Shown here piece by piece: positions 1 to 12,064 of a stretch of DNA of 64,000 nucleotides (positions within the stretch are counted from its first letter, which is position 1; the number at the start of each line of letters is the position of its first letter). The position numbers and the translations under genes were made by a program. Source of the stretch: Octopus vulgaris (lineage: Eukaryota); assembly GCA_951406725.2 (NCBI GenBank), contig OX597822.1, forward strand, positions 92,876,001-92,940,000. Direction: 5' to 3'. The notes beneath the pieces were generated by a model, which saw only the letters and a program-made list of their open reading frames with translations, made no database searches and had not been told where the DNA came from.

Positions 1-1155
1 TTTAGGGTGAATGAAATAATTACCTGTTGATCACTGGTGTAGATGTCCCCAACTAGCCCCTTCCTCCCAAAATATCAGGCCTTGTCCCTATTTTAGATAT
101 GATTATTATTATCATTAATGTGAGCTGGCAGAATTGTTAGCATGCTGGATGAAATGCTGAGCGCTTTTTTGCCTGTTACTACATCCTGAGTTCAAATTCC
201 ACCAAGGTCAACTTTGTTTTCCTCTTTCGGGGTTGATAAAATAAGTATCAGTTGAACACTGGGGTCAGTGTAGTCGATTCACCCCTACCTCCTCTTGTGG
301 CAAAAATTGGAAATAATTATTATAATTAAGGCAGTGAACTGGCAGAATCGTTAGCACACGAGGCAAAATGCTTGGTGGCATTTTGGCGTTTTGGTATATC
401 TTTTATATGTTGAATTCAAATTCCGCTGAGGTTGACTTTGTTTTTCATCCTTTCGGAGTCAATAAAACAAGTATCCGTTGAGCACTTACCCCCTCCCTCG
501 AAATTGCTGGCCTTGTGCCAAAATCTGAAACCATAATTTTTTATTATTGAATGAGAGAGCAGCGCATGCCATCAAAGTGATGCTGGGGTACAAATATACG
601 AAGCCCAGTATACCCATCATGACTACCCATCTGATAAGTGTACAACAGGTGCATGCATCACAACCGCCCGAAATTGCTGGCCTTGTGCCAAAATTTGAAG
701 CCATTATTATTAAGTGGTGGGCTGGCAGAAGTGTTTGTCTTAGACAAAATACCTTGCAACATTTCATCTGGTTTTACAAACCTGAGTTCAAATGCTGCTG
801 AGGTCAACATAGCCTTTCATTCTGTCAGGGTCAATAAAGTAGGTACCAATTAAATACTGGGGTTAATGTTATCAACTAGGCCCCCCCCCATTTCAGGCCT
901 CGTGCTTATATTAGAAAGGATTATTTTTATTATAAAGGAAGTGAGCTTGCAGAATCATTCATGTGCTGGGCAAAATGTTTCCTGACATCATTTCTATCAG
1001 GTTGATTTTTGCCTGAAGTTGATTTTTGCCTGAAGTTGATTTTTGCCTTTCCCCTTTTTGGGGGTCAGTGAAATAAGTGCCACTTAAACACAGGGGTTGA
1101 TGTAATTGATTAAACCCCTTTCCACTACATGTGCCTAGAGTAGAAAGAAATTATT
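1..1155 (+). mobile_element. Tandem cluster of SINE family A copies separated by (ATT)n tails
   Basis: Heads GAGCTGGCAGAA-like at about 120, 330, 716 and 940; similar clusters at 14768-15120, 44130-44320, 45427-45990 and 50476-50670. Confidence 0.8.
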
Positions 1156-1170
1156 ATTGTTCTAATCTTA

Positions 1171-1708
1171 CAGTTCTATATTTAAGAAATGAGGAATTAT
1201 GTACATTATTTATATTATTTACATTTGACAGATATTTGTCCTCATCTTGTTTGTTGTTAACACAACATTTCAGCTGATATACCTTCCAGCCTTCATCAGG
1301 TGTCTTGGGGAAATTTCGAATCTGGGTTCTCTTTCCTAAGGTATTTTTCGATATTATTATTATTATTGTTATTCAGGTCACTGCCTGGAATCAAACTCAG
1401 AATCTTGGGGTTAGTAGCCTGCACTCTTAATCACTATGCCATATGCCTGTGGCATATCTATACATTGGATTACAGAAGCATATGGCGTAGTGGTTAAGAG
1501 CGCGGGCTACTAACCCCAAGATTCTGAGTTCAATACCAGGCAGTGACCTGAATAATGATAATAATATAGAAAAATACCTAAGGAATGAGAACTCAGGTTT
1601 AAAATTTCCTCCAAGACACCTGATGAAGGCTGGAGGGTATATCAGCCGAAATGTTATGTTAACATCAAACAAGATGAGGACAAATATCCGTCAAATGTAA
1701 ATAATGTA
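1171..1708. mobile_element. Penelope-like pLTR pair in inverted orientation (1171-1451 minus, 1478-1708 plus), each with tRNA-like head and hammerhead
   Basis: Arms of about 230 bp are reverse complements of each other. The same sequence follows the PLE ORF stop at 11836 and recurs at 18929, 33669 and 61387. Confidence 0.8.
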
Positions 1709-3975
1709 TTCTAATCTTTATTATTATTTTATGTTTATGGAATAACTTTAACCTATATATGCCCCATAAAAAATTTCACTGTATTTCGATTAAATGTTAT
1801 GGTAAGCTTTCACAGTCTGGAAGAGAAGGACAGATTGCAACTGTTTGCTACGGGTGTTGACTTCCTACCCAAGCATTTCGTAAACCCAGTCAGATGCTTC
1901 CTGGCGAGTTCATGTCCAAACAAGCAGGAGACACAAAGGGGTGTATATGGGTTAAGCCTTCAGATTAAAACTAAAAATGATTTTCTAACCCCTGGTTCCC
2001 CTCTCCGGATATTTCCAGTTATCATTTCAGTCAACACCAGTGACTCCAGTCCCATGCTTCACTTCCTCCAACATGATATCATGTGACTGCCAACTCTTCA
2101 CATGTGGCTTAATCATTTAAACAACTGCAGCATGAAAGATCTTCTCCCTCCCTCTCTTTCTTTCTCTTTTTATTTGCTTTGTTTGCATCTTTTTGCTGAT
2201 GCTTTAAAATCCCAGTTTCCTGCGAGCTGTTGTCCAGATAATGTGTGACTATTTAACATATTAACTTCCCAACAACTGACCACTGGTACTTCCGTGGTGC
2301 AAATCCTCTGGCATGCTGTAGTGAATTAAATTTGTTCTTCCCATTTGTTGCCGTGTGTGCATCTGCATTTTTCTCTTCCTAATTTATTACTGACTGACCA
2401 TCCAACGATGACCTCAACATTGACTTGTAATCAGCTCTCTTGTGCAAGTGCTGCCAATTGAAAGTGCCATCTGCAGGTTTCAGGGGTCATCACGAGAGAA
2501 TGTGCACTGTTTCAGGGCTTTCTTCTTGATGGCTTTATAGTATGCCCTACCCACTGATTAGCTCTCAACCATTGATAGTTGATCTTAAGTCCTTCATCTT
2601 GAGACCATCAGCATCATTCAAATTTTGGATTGATGCAGATTTAACTAGCCATATAAGCCAAGATGTATCTGCTTTACCCATAACAAGGTTTCATCAGCCC
2701 TTTTCAGCCCATATCCAATGGCTGGCTCTCTCAGATGTTGATTGGATTTCTTTCAAGGTATGGAACAATGACTTCTGCTGCCTACATTAATACAAAAACT
2801 GAATCCTTTTCGTCTCTAAAAGGACTGATTATTTTTGTCCACATGTAAGATACAGCTAAGGAAACCAATTCTTCAGTGTACAGTAGAACCTCAGTTTATG
2901 AATTTAATTTGTTCCTGAAGGCCGTTTGTCACCCAAAATCAGTTTTTATTCCCATAGGAAATTTAAGGGAAGGCACAGTGAATTCAAGTAGGAAAGTACC
3001 CCGAGTGAAACCCAGACAGTAACTGACATTCTCCCACTGATGCTCCCAGCTTGTTGCTGCCAGTTTACACGTCTGTTATTCACCCAAAATATTTTATGTT
3101 TGAAAAATTGTTCATAAACCGATTGTCTTTGAGACTGATTGGCCAACTGAGATAATCTAAATGGCCAATTAAGATTAACACTAGCTAAGACTGGATGAAG
3201 GAGACTTATTTAATCAATAAACTGGTCATTTCAGCCTAAGTGCTTGGCTGTGACTGGACAATTTAAAACAACTAACTGGCTGAATCTGGAGAATTTAGAT
3301 CAACTGGCTGGCTGAAAAAGGACAATTGAGAGCCCTGGTTGGCTGAGATTAGATAATTAAGGCCAACTGGTCAATTGAAATGAGAGACAATTTAGATCAT
3401 CTGGTAGATTCTAATTGGTCAAGAGAGACTAATTAGTTGGGACTTAGTTGACATTAACTGGTTGGACAAAACTGGAGGCTGATCGATGAAGAGCAACTAG
3501 GGTTAGCTAAAACTGTTTTTCAAACCGTCTTATTGAAACTGGTCATCATACTTGACCTTCTTCGATCAAATAGTCTGGCTCATATTGGACCAAAGACAGC
3601 TCAAAATGACCAAGCGAAAACCCTTGCTAGTAATAAACCTGATATAGATGGAGCAAGACTGGTTGCCATTCTGATGATGGCAGGCTGATAAATGGATCAA
3701 CCAACTGGGACCATTTGAGACTTGATGAGTTGCATTTTTGGTTAATTAACCACTAGCTAGTTCTGATTATCATACTAAATCATAATGTATCTCTATCTGT
3801 TGTATTGTTTTGTGCTGTGCTGTGGAAATTAACGAATTGTCTATGGCTACCGTTAACATCTCTGTTGTGATTTGTCCGTGTTCTGAGTGCCGCTGAGCAT
3901 GTAAGATTGTTGAATGCTTTTCAGAGCATGAGAATTTTTTTTCTCTTTCTCCCTCCTGTCTTCTTAACGATACAG

Positions 3976-4104
3976 GCGTTTGTAGGTATGGGAAAACCCT
4001 CTTTAGGACTCAAGTGGCTGGCCGTGTCTTCGGTCACTGAACCGTGGATGAGTTCATTTTTCGATATCATCGTCACAGACCAAGACGTGAACCACCTCAG
4101 GGAG
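3976..4104 (+). CDS. Probable upstream exon of the AKAP9/pericentrin-like gene (AFVGMGKPSLG...DQDVNHLRE), 129 nt, phase 0-0
   Basis: Polypyrimidine tract and TACAG acceptor at 3975, GAG|GTAAAT donor at 4105. Unique sequence with a single open frame, phase-compatible with exon 29342. Contains in-frame ATGs, so it could be an alternative first coding exon. Confidence 0.5.
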
Positions 4105-6319
4105 GTAAATTTAAAAAAAAAAAATAAAAAAAAGTTAAACATAATAACATTAATTTTTATTTTTCTCCAATCTGTTGGCTAAATTCTGGTCTGCTCTTCT
4201 TCCATATCTTTATTATTACCATTATTATTTTTTCATTTATTCAATTTTATTTCTTATCTAAACCTGGGTATTTAACACCTTCATACTCACCTACTCTTGG
4301 CTATTTTAATCAACACTTGCTAATTATTTACACAAGCTTTTCTTTTTTTTTTTTTTACAATTATTTTCGAGTGTATTTTTTATTTTTGGAGGTGTGTTTT
4401 ATTTATCTTTTTTATTTGTTCACCATTTGGGTTGTTTTTATATTGTACATTTTTATTTTATATATTTTTTGTTTCTTTTTATTGGTGGCCATTTTGTCTA
4501 TCTGTTTGTCTGATTGTCTATCTGGATGGATGTCTCTATTTCTAATTCTCTCTCACAATCTTATACTTTCTCATTCAACTCATTTTCCTATTTCATTTTA
4601 AAGTGTGTGGGTTGGGGCAAACCATTCTTCTGCTCTCTCAGTTTCTCTCTCTCTCTCTCTCCCCTCCCCCATGCTGTTTTTTTCTTTTCATTAATCCTTG
4701 TTTCTCTCCAGTTCTTTGTCTCTCTTTTTATATTTTCATTCCGTTTACATTCTCAGTAATTTGGATTGAAATAATCTTACAAAGATCTGTCTCTCTTTTG
4801 TTTCGTTCTATTTCTCTTGTTCTCTCTCTTGCTCTCACTCTCTACCCTCTCTGCTGCATGCTCTCCATCACTATCTCAATTGTACTCCTTCTATCTCCTC
4901 TATTATCTTTCTATGGTGTAATCTCTCTATATCTCCTTCTCTCTCTTTCTCCTCTTCTTCTTTCTGTTGTCTTCATTTGTTGAACCCACTTTCACTAGTC
5001 TATTTGTAAACGACTGAAGTTTCTGTCCCCAGCTGAAATGACCACTTACCAGAAAGCAGGTCCTGTTCATTGCTGAGCATTTTTTTCATTCATTTAGTTT
5101 CATTAGAAATGGTCAGTGACAAATCCAGCTAAAGTATTTGGTCCCTAAAGAGTTCCATTTGAATCAGTTTCCAATGTGTGAATGTCAATTCATGCAGCTA
5201 TGTTAAGTAGAAAGAGAAAATATAACCCCCCCCCACACACACACAGATAGATATGTATATCTATGTCTGTATATATGTGTGTGTGCTTGTGTGGATAAAT
5301 ATAAATACATATAGATTGATATGTTTTACATCAACTAAAAATATTCTCGCAGCCATACGTACGTTGATCTTTCTATTGGTGTCTGTGTAATTAGTTTTGT
5401 CAGCCTGCAAAAACAGAGCTGGAGAGTATTATTTAACCTGAAATCACCAGATTATACATATGGATGGCTTTGCTCTCATTATCTCGTTTAATATCATTAT
5501 CTCACTGAGAGTAAACTCCTCAGTGGAGGAAGAAGACAAAGAAAAAAACAACCGAAAGCTAAAAGATAAAAATATTTTCACTTACTGATCAATAATGCAG
5601 TGATAATATTCAATCAAATTGTGTGTGTGTGTTGTGTGTTGTGTTTCTCATTTTTATTATTCATAGTGGGAAGATGGAGAGTGTAGAAAAGGGAGATAAC
5701 AACAGAAAAATTGGTTTCTTTCGCTTAAGGTCTTGGCACAAATACTCCTGCCAGTAACAACTTTAGCTGCTGGTGTTAGGAAAATGACCCCAATAACCCC
5801 TAGTCGGTCAAGTACTGGCAGGGGTCGATAAAAGCCATTGTGCCTCCATTTCTAACCCTCACTCCTTCCAAACAATAAAAAGGCTGTAGCCTGTGTAATA
5901 AGAATGGAAAAGTTTTGTTGTAACACATGGAGTCTTGCACGCTTCCTAATCACACAGCTATGCCTGCACCTGCTCTCATGTATATATGATCATGATTTAA
6001 CATCTGCTTTCCATGCTGGCATGGGTTGGATGGTTTGATTGAGAACTGACAAGCCCAGGAGGCCGCACCAGGCTCAAATCTAACCTGGCAAAGTTTCTAC
6101 AGCTGGATGCCCTTCCTAACGCCAACCACTCCAAGAGTATAGTGGATACGTTTTACAAGGCCACCAGCATGGGGGCCAGTCAGGCGGCACTGGCATCAAT
6201 CACTGGCTCGAATGGTGCTTTTTATGTGCCACTGGTACCAGGGGCAAGTCAGGTGGCACTGGCATCAACCAGGCATTGGCATCGACTGGCACTGATATTT
6301 ACATACATATATGTATGTA

Positions 6320-6354
<35 letters not shown>

Positions 6355-6552
6355 GTACATATGAAATACATTTGTATGCATTTACTGCACACATTTACAT
6401 ATAAGTACATGTTTATACACACACACACACATACACACACACACTTCTCCATTATGTCCACTTTAATGAAACAATGTTTTAATTCTCTTCTCATCATCAC
6501 ATTTTCCTGATAGCATCTTTGTTATATTTTATATATCGTATAATGGTGTCTA

Positions 6553-6589
<37 letters not shown>

Positions 6590-6968
6590 ACGAATGCCCT
6601 GCTGTAAGGTTGTGTTTCTCTATTCCTTCCACATGTGTGATGACTACATGGGTTTGTTTGGGATTTTAACCTCAATCTAATTATCAACAAGAACAATACT
6701 AATGGAAGTTTTAACAATAATAACAATAACAGTGGTGGTGGTGGTTTTGTGGTGGTTGGAGATGGTGACGATCGTGATAGTGAAATTGTCATATATACTA
6801 TGGAAGTAAGTCTGAAATTAATTGATATCATTTTTTTTCTGGAAAATGTAGACATTAAATGATGCGATTATCATGCATTTTCATATGCAAAAAAGAAAAA
6901 AAAGGAAAATGTACAATAATGATGAAAAAATTTTTTTTAAATGTATTCTAGCCTTCTCTGGAATATTT

Positions 6969-7015
<47 letters not shown>

Positions 7016-7176
7016 TGATATAGAACAGTGAGAAGGAGTGCTCAATGCTGCATTGGTAGATAAATATTCTTCATTTCTGGGTTACCAAGATTGTCATTGG
7101 TTGGTATTTGTCTTTCATGTTGCAGACTTGATAATTATTGAGAGATTCCTCTTTACATGAAAGTGTTGATATATAG

Positions 7177-7476
7177 GCGCTCCGCCAACTCAATGACACC
7201 TCCTTCTACTCCCCTCTGTCCTCTAACCCCACGCTTAGCTACCAACAGACGGTATCCTCTACTGTCCATGACCTCATCTCGTCCTCCCGTCTCCCCCACA
7301 CCGCATCCAACCTCATTGTCCGAACCCCACGCACCCCCACCATTTACTTCCTCCCCAAAATCCAGAAACCCAACAACCCTGGCCGCTCCATCGTCTCCGC
7401 CTGTAACTGCCCCACGGAGCTCATCTCAAAATACCTTGACCGTGTCCTTGCTCCCCTAGTGGCGTCTCTTCCATCC
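7177..7476 (+). mobile_element. Penelope-like reverse transcriptase fragment (100 codons, no stops)
   Basis: Translates ALRQLNDTSFYSPLSSNPT...PRTPTIYFLPKIQKPNNPGRSIVSACNCPTELISKYLDRVLAPLVASLPS, the PLE RT LPKIHK...RPIVS motif; C-rich block in AT-rich background. Confidence 0.88.
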
Positions 7477-10071
7477 CAATCTACGAGGTGGGAGTGTTAC
7501 CCCAAATGATAAGCTAGTCTTCAGACACAGATACACATAGTCCTATATTTGTATATAATACCTTGTTATAATTGCATAGATAAGTCGTTATCATCATCAT
7601 TTAATGTCCATTTTCTATGCTGGCATGGGTTGGGGGCAGTTTTGACCAGAGGTAGCAAGGCCAAGAGCCACACTAGGTTCCATTGTCTGTTTTGGCATGG
7701 TTTCTACAGCTGGATGCTCTTCCTAGCACCAACCACTTTACAGAGTGCACCACATGCTTTTTTTATGTGGCACCAGCATCACCAGTGCCTTATACAGGGA
7801 ACCAGCCCCACCAGTGCCTTACATGTGGCACCAACGAGGGTGCTTCATACATGGTGCCAGCACAGGTGCTCTTTACATGGTCCCAGCATGGGTGATCTTT
7901 ATGTGGCACCAACACAGGCACTTCATGCATGGCACAAGCACGAGTGCTTTTTATGTGGCACCGGTATTCCTTGAAAGATGTTTCTGTTTTTCCATAGTGA
8001 TGCTAAAAATGGAAGTGTTTCTTTGCTGTTGATGCTATCCATGGGGGTGAGATGCATTCCAACTAGGACACCAAGGAATGGCAATTCCAGAAACAGTAGT
8101 AAACTGTTTTATTTCTTCCCTGTTGCCTTTTAAGTCTGCCTTATAAAGAATCCTGTTTCTAGTTTATTTTATTGCCACTGTGTATATTCAAGATATCTTA
8201 TCAGTTGAGTGAGAATTATATTTCTCTGCACCCTCCCCCTCCTGCTTCATCTTCTCGGGGTGGGGTGGGGACAACCGGCAGGGAGTAGGATAATGAGGTT
8301 GTGTTCTTGGTATGAAATTTAGTTGTTGTTGTTGTTGTTATTGGAAGCCAGCTGAATGAGCAGAGTTATGCTCAAAGATGTTCCAGCTGTCATTGTCCTG
8401 CTTTCCTGATGTTCTGAATCAATTTTCATCGAACCAGCTTATGTATGGCTAAAGACACTCGAGCTGTGACGCTCCCATCTTGCCAATGCCATTTAGTCTC
8501 AGATAGATCTAGGACCGAATGCTTTCCAGCCATGACTATCCTGTCTGTTATAGATTACATATAACTACATTATGTAATGTTCCCTTTCCTTTCCTGATAC
8601 AGCAGAGTATGATTTGAGGCAGAATTTTGTTGTCATTTCTAGCATGATGCATGACCACATAGTGGCTTCATTATTGGGTCAGACTTTTTTGTCTTGTATT
8701 AAGGCATGGTCTGCCTAGGAGTACATTACCAAATGTCTCTTTGTTTTAAGATAATAGTGTGGGATTTGAGGTAGAATTTGGTTGCTATTTCTAGCATGTT
8801 GCATGACCACACAGAGGCTCTACTGTTGGTTCAGGTCACATTTTGTATTGAGTGTATCTAGGACTACACTACTTAATGTGTTCTTTTTTGAAGAAAGGAA
8901 GGTATTATCAGCAGGTGATTTAGTTGCTCTTTCTAGTAGCCAATTCCACCCCTTCCCAGACCCCAGTTGAACTGTCCAAACCATGTCAGCATGGAAAACG
9001 GACGTTAAACGATGATGATGATGATATATTTATACATATCTAAAGATAAATAAATAAAAAAATAAGTTATAAATGATGGCTATTACATATTTTTTTCTTT
9101 ATTGCAGTAAATTTGACTTACAGCTGTTTCCCAGTAGTCATTACAGGTCCATCATTGATAGGTTTACTCAACCTGTCAGTTGATTGGTTGAGAGGAACTG
9201 AACAGCCTCAAAAATCTAATGCTACTTTCAACTGTCATTTCTGCTTTCTATATATGTATGCGTGTGTGTTTATTCCACTTCCCACTTGACAACTGGTTAT
9301 GTCCCTGTCACATAGCAGTTCAACAAAATAGTCCGATAGAATAAGTTCCAGACTTGAAAAGAAAAATAAGCACAGGGGTTAATTCTGAGAATTCTTCAGT
9401 TGTGTGGTGCCCCAGCATGGCCACAGTCTCATATGACTGAAAAAGATAAAAGATAAAATCTCTAGACCTTTTCCAGACAATCCTTGTTGATGACCACCCC
9501 CACTCAGGAAGCATTTTCACAAAAGAGGTTCCAGCCATGACCATTCTGCAGTGTTTTTCTTGGATATTTAGGATCAACATTGTGTCCTAAAATCTATTCA
9601 TCTTTTTTCTCAGGAAGATGTTGGTCGTAGGGTTTCAGGGTGATTTGGCTGTTGTTTCTGTCAGGCCGAGCGACTGCATCGAGATTCCCTCATTTGTTTC
9701 TCTTCAAATATTAATGAAATGCCATCCCTTACCACCACTACTACCCCCACCACTACCACCTCCTCCACCACCGCCTTTATCATCAATAAGCAGCCATTCT
9801 AATTATGAACACTGTTATCAGATCAGTAAGTTATATTTTTTACAGTCCCAACTCCCCATCCCTGCAGCTGTTGAGGCCACCCCTATGTAAGGTTACCCTT
9901 ACTGTGCATGCACACACACACACACACACATACACATACACCCCCACACAGTCTCTCTCTCTCTCTCCCTCCCCACACATGTATGCGTGTGTGTATGTGT
10001 ATGCATATATGTATATTGGCATGTGTGTGTGTGTGTATGTTTCTATGTGTATGTCATATTGTAAGTGTAAA

Positions 10072-10301
10072 GGCGGCGAGCTGGCAGAATCGTTAGCACG
10101 CCGGGCAAAATGCTTAGCGGTATTTCATCTGCCGTTACGTTGTGAGTTCAAATTCCGCCGAGGTCGACTTTGCCTTTCATCCTTTCGAGGTGGATAAATT
10201 AAGTACCAGTTGCGTACTGGGGTCGATGTAATCGACTTAATCCCTTTGTCTGTCCTTGTTTGTCCTCTCTATGTTTAGCCCCTTGTGGGTAGTAAAGAAA
10301 T
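10072..10301 (+). mobile_element. tRNA-derived SINE family A, full length with 16-bp TSD
   Basis: Head GGCGGCGAGCTGGCAGAATCGTTAGCAC, B-box GAGTTCAAATTCC; TSD ATATTGTAAGTGTAAA/ATATTCTAAGTGTAAA. Confidence 0.85.
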
Positions 10302-10553
10302 ATATTCTAAGTGTAAATCCTGTTCTCTGGGATGAAGCCCCTGTAGGGTTTGCTACTGCTGGCAGCACTTCGTAAACATTGTTACTTCTAGTAGCACCAC
10401 CACCACACCACAACAACAACAATGACAAGAACAAACCTCTGAACCCTGTTAGCAATGAGTGAACCTTCCTCACATTCCATTGCTGGTGGTAGGTTACCAT
10501 CAGTCAGACTTGTTGACTGTGGCCAGTATCCATGGCCTTGTCATTTAATAATA

Positions 10554-11098
10554 CGAAGGTGAGTCAAAAAGTAATGCCATTTTGTTTAGGACAAGTATAA
10601 TTACCAATACAGGAACGTGTATCATACATCAAAATGAAGCTGGTTCTCTGTGGGTCACATGCCTACAACATAGTCAGCGTTTCTCTCAATAGCAATGTTC
10701 CACCTTCGAATGAGATCAGGTATCCCTGCCCTGTGAAATTCTGTTGACTGTTCTTTGAGCAACTTCTTCACTACAGTTTTCACTTCCTCGTAACTGGAAT
10801 AATTTAGCGCCTTCAGACTATCATCTCTTCAGCCCCATGAAAGAAGCTTTGAGAGGCAAACATTATTCCAGTGACGAGGAAGTGAAAACTGTTATGAAGA
10901 AGTGGCTCAAAGAACAGTCAACAGAATTTTACAGGGCAGGGATACATGTTCTCATTTGAAGGTGGAACATTGCTGTTGTTGAGAAGTAGGGATGTGATCC
11001 ACAGAGGACCAGCTTTGTTTTGATGTATGATACATGTTCCCGTGTTGGTAATTATATCTGTCTTAAACAAAATGGCATTACTTTTTGACTCACCCTCG
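10554..11098. mobile_element. Mariner-derived foldback MITE made of two transposase 3' ends, TA TSD
   Basis: TA|CGAAGGTGAGTCAAAAAGTAATGCC...GGCATTACTTTTTGACTCACCCTCG|TA; 10801-10989 translates NLAPSDYHLFSPMKEALRGKHYSSDEEVK...FYRAGIHVLI*RW. Confidence 0.9.
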
Positions 11099-11547
11099 TA
11101 AAATGCAGCACATGGAACAACAAATGAACATATGGAAAACAAGAAAAATGCATGCATGATGGATGCAGATAGGCTCAACCCCTCATCAGCTGTTGAGTGG
11201 ATATCATTACAATTTTGATACTTTCTGGTAATATTGTTCAATTTGGCAATGTCAGCAACGTAAGCTGCTGGAGTATAAATGAGAGTATATGATAGATGTA
11301 GATGAATGAAAAGAATGAGACAAATACGAGAAGGAAAAGAGAAAGAACAGATGACATCCCTAGACTGAATGGTATTAGGGACAGGCTGTGAGGGGTACTA
11401 GGAAAAAATACATGTACCATGAAAGACACAAATGAGTAAAACTAATGAAAGAGAAAACTGTAACAGAGAGAGAAGCAGCAAATGATAAGATTTGGTTAAG
11501 TTGAATAAACAATGATTTATTCTTTTCATTATAAAGATAAGATTGCC

Positions 11548-12064
11548 AAAAGAGAATGATAGTTATTTACATAATTTACATTTGACGGATATTTGTCCTC
11601 CTCTTGTTTGTTGTCAACACAACGTTTCGGCTGATATACCCTCCAGCCTTCATCAGGTGTCTTGGGGAAATTTCAAACCTTGGTTCTCATTCCTAAGGTA
11701 TTTTTCAATGTTATTATTTTTTTATTATCATTATTATTCAGGTCACTGCCTGGAATCGAACTCGGAATCTCGGGGTTAGTAGCCCTTGCTCTTAACCACT
11801 ATGCCTGTGGGCAATTATGGAATGAATTTTAGAGCTTATAAATTTAATATTTTCCTATCCTTCCTTAATACCAGTTCCCATATGCTACACATATCTGCAC
11901 TAGGTCTGCTTAGGAGGTTGTTGTGTCCTAGCATATGTGCTACTTTTAGTTTTTGTATTTTCCAGTGGTGTTCTCTGTCTATTATTTTAACTTCATCCCA
12001 CAGGGGGAGGGGGTCTCCATTTATTTCACACATGATCAGCTATACCCAATTTTTCAATATCTCT
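11548..12064 (-). mobile_element. Penelope-like element 3' end: degenerate GIY-YIG endonuclease C-terminus plus pLTR
   Basis: Minus-strand translation RDIEKLGIADHV*...PLWDEVKIIDREHHWKIQKLK...NLLSRPS matches the PLE EN C-terminal pattern, followed by the pLTR family. Confidence 0.8.
11616..11661 (-). ncRNA. Minimal type I hammerhead ribozyme (PLE type), intact copy
   Basis: GACAC-CTGATGA-A-GGCTG(GAGGGTATAT)CAGCC-GAAACGTT-GTGTT: stem I, conserved core, stem II and palindromic AACGTT replacing stem III. Confidence 0.8.

Noticed and set aside
1478-1550. Functional tRNA gene
   Set aside because: The acceptor stem does not pair well, there is no T-run terminator, and it is embedded in a multi-copy mobile repeat.
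7177-7487. Exonisation of the Penelope RT fragment (ATATAG acceptor, AG|GTGGGA donor)
   Set aside because: There is no pyrimidine tract, the donor is weak, and it would shift the host frame.
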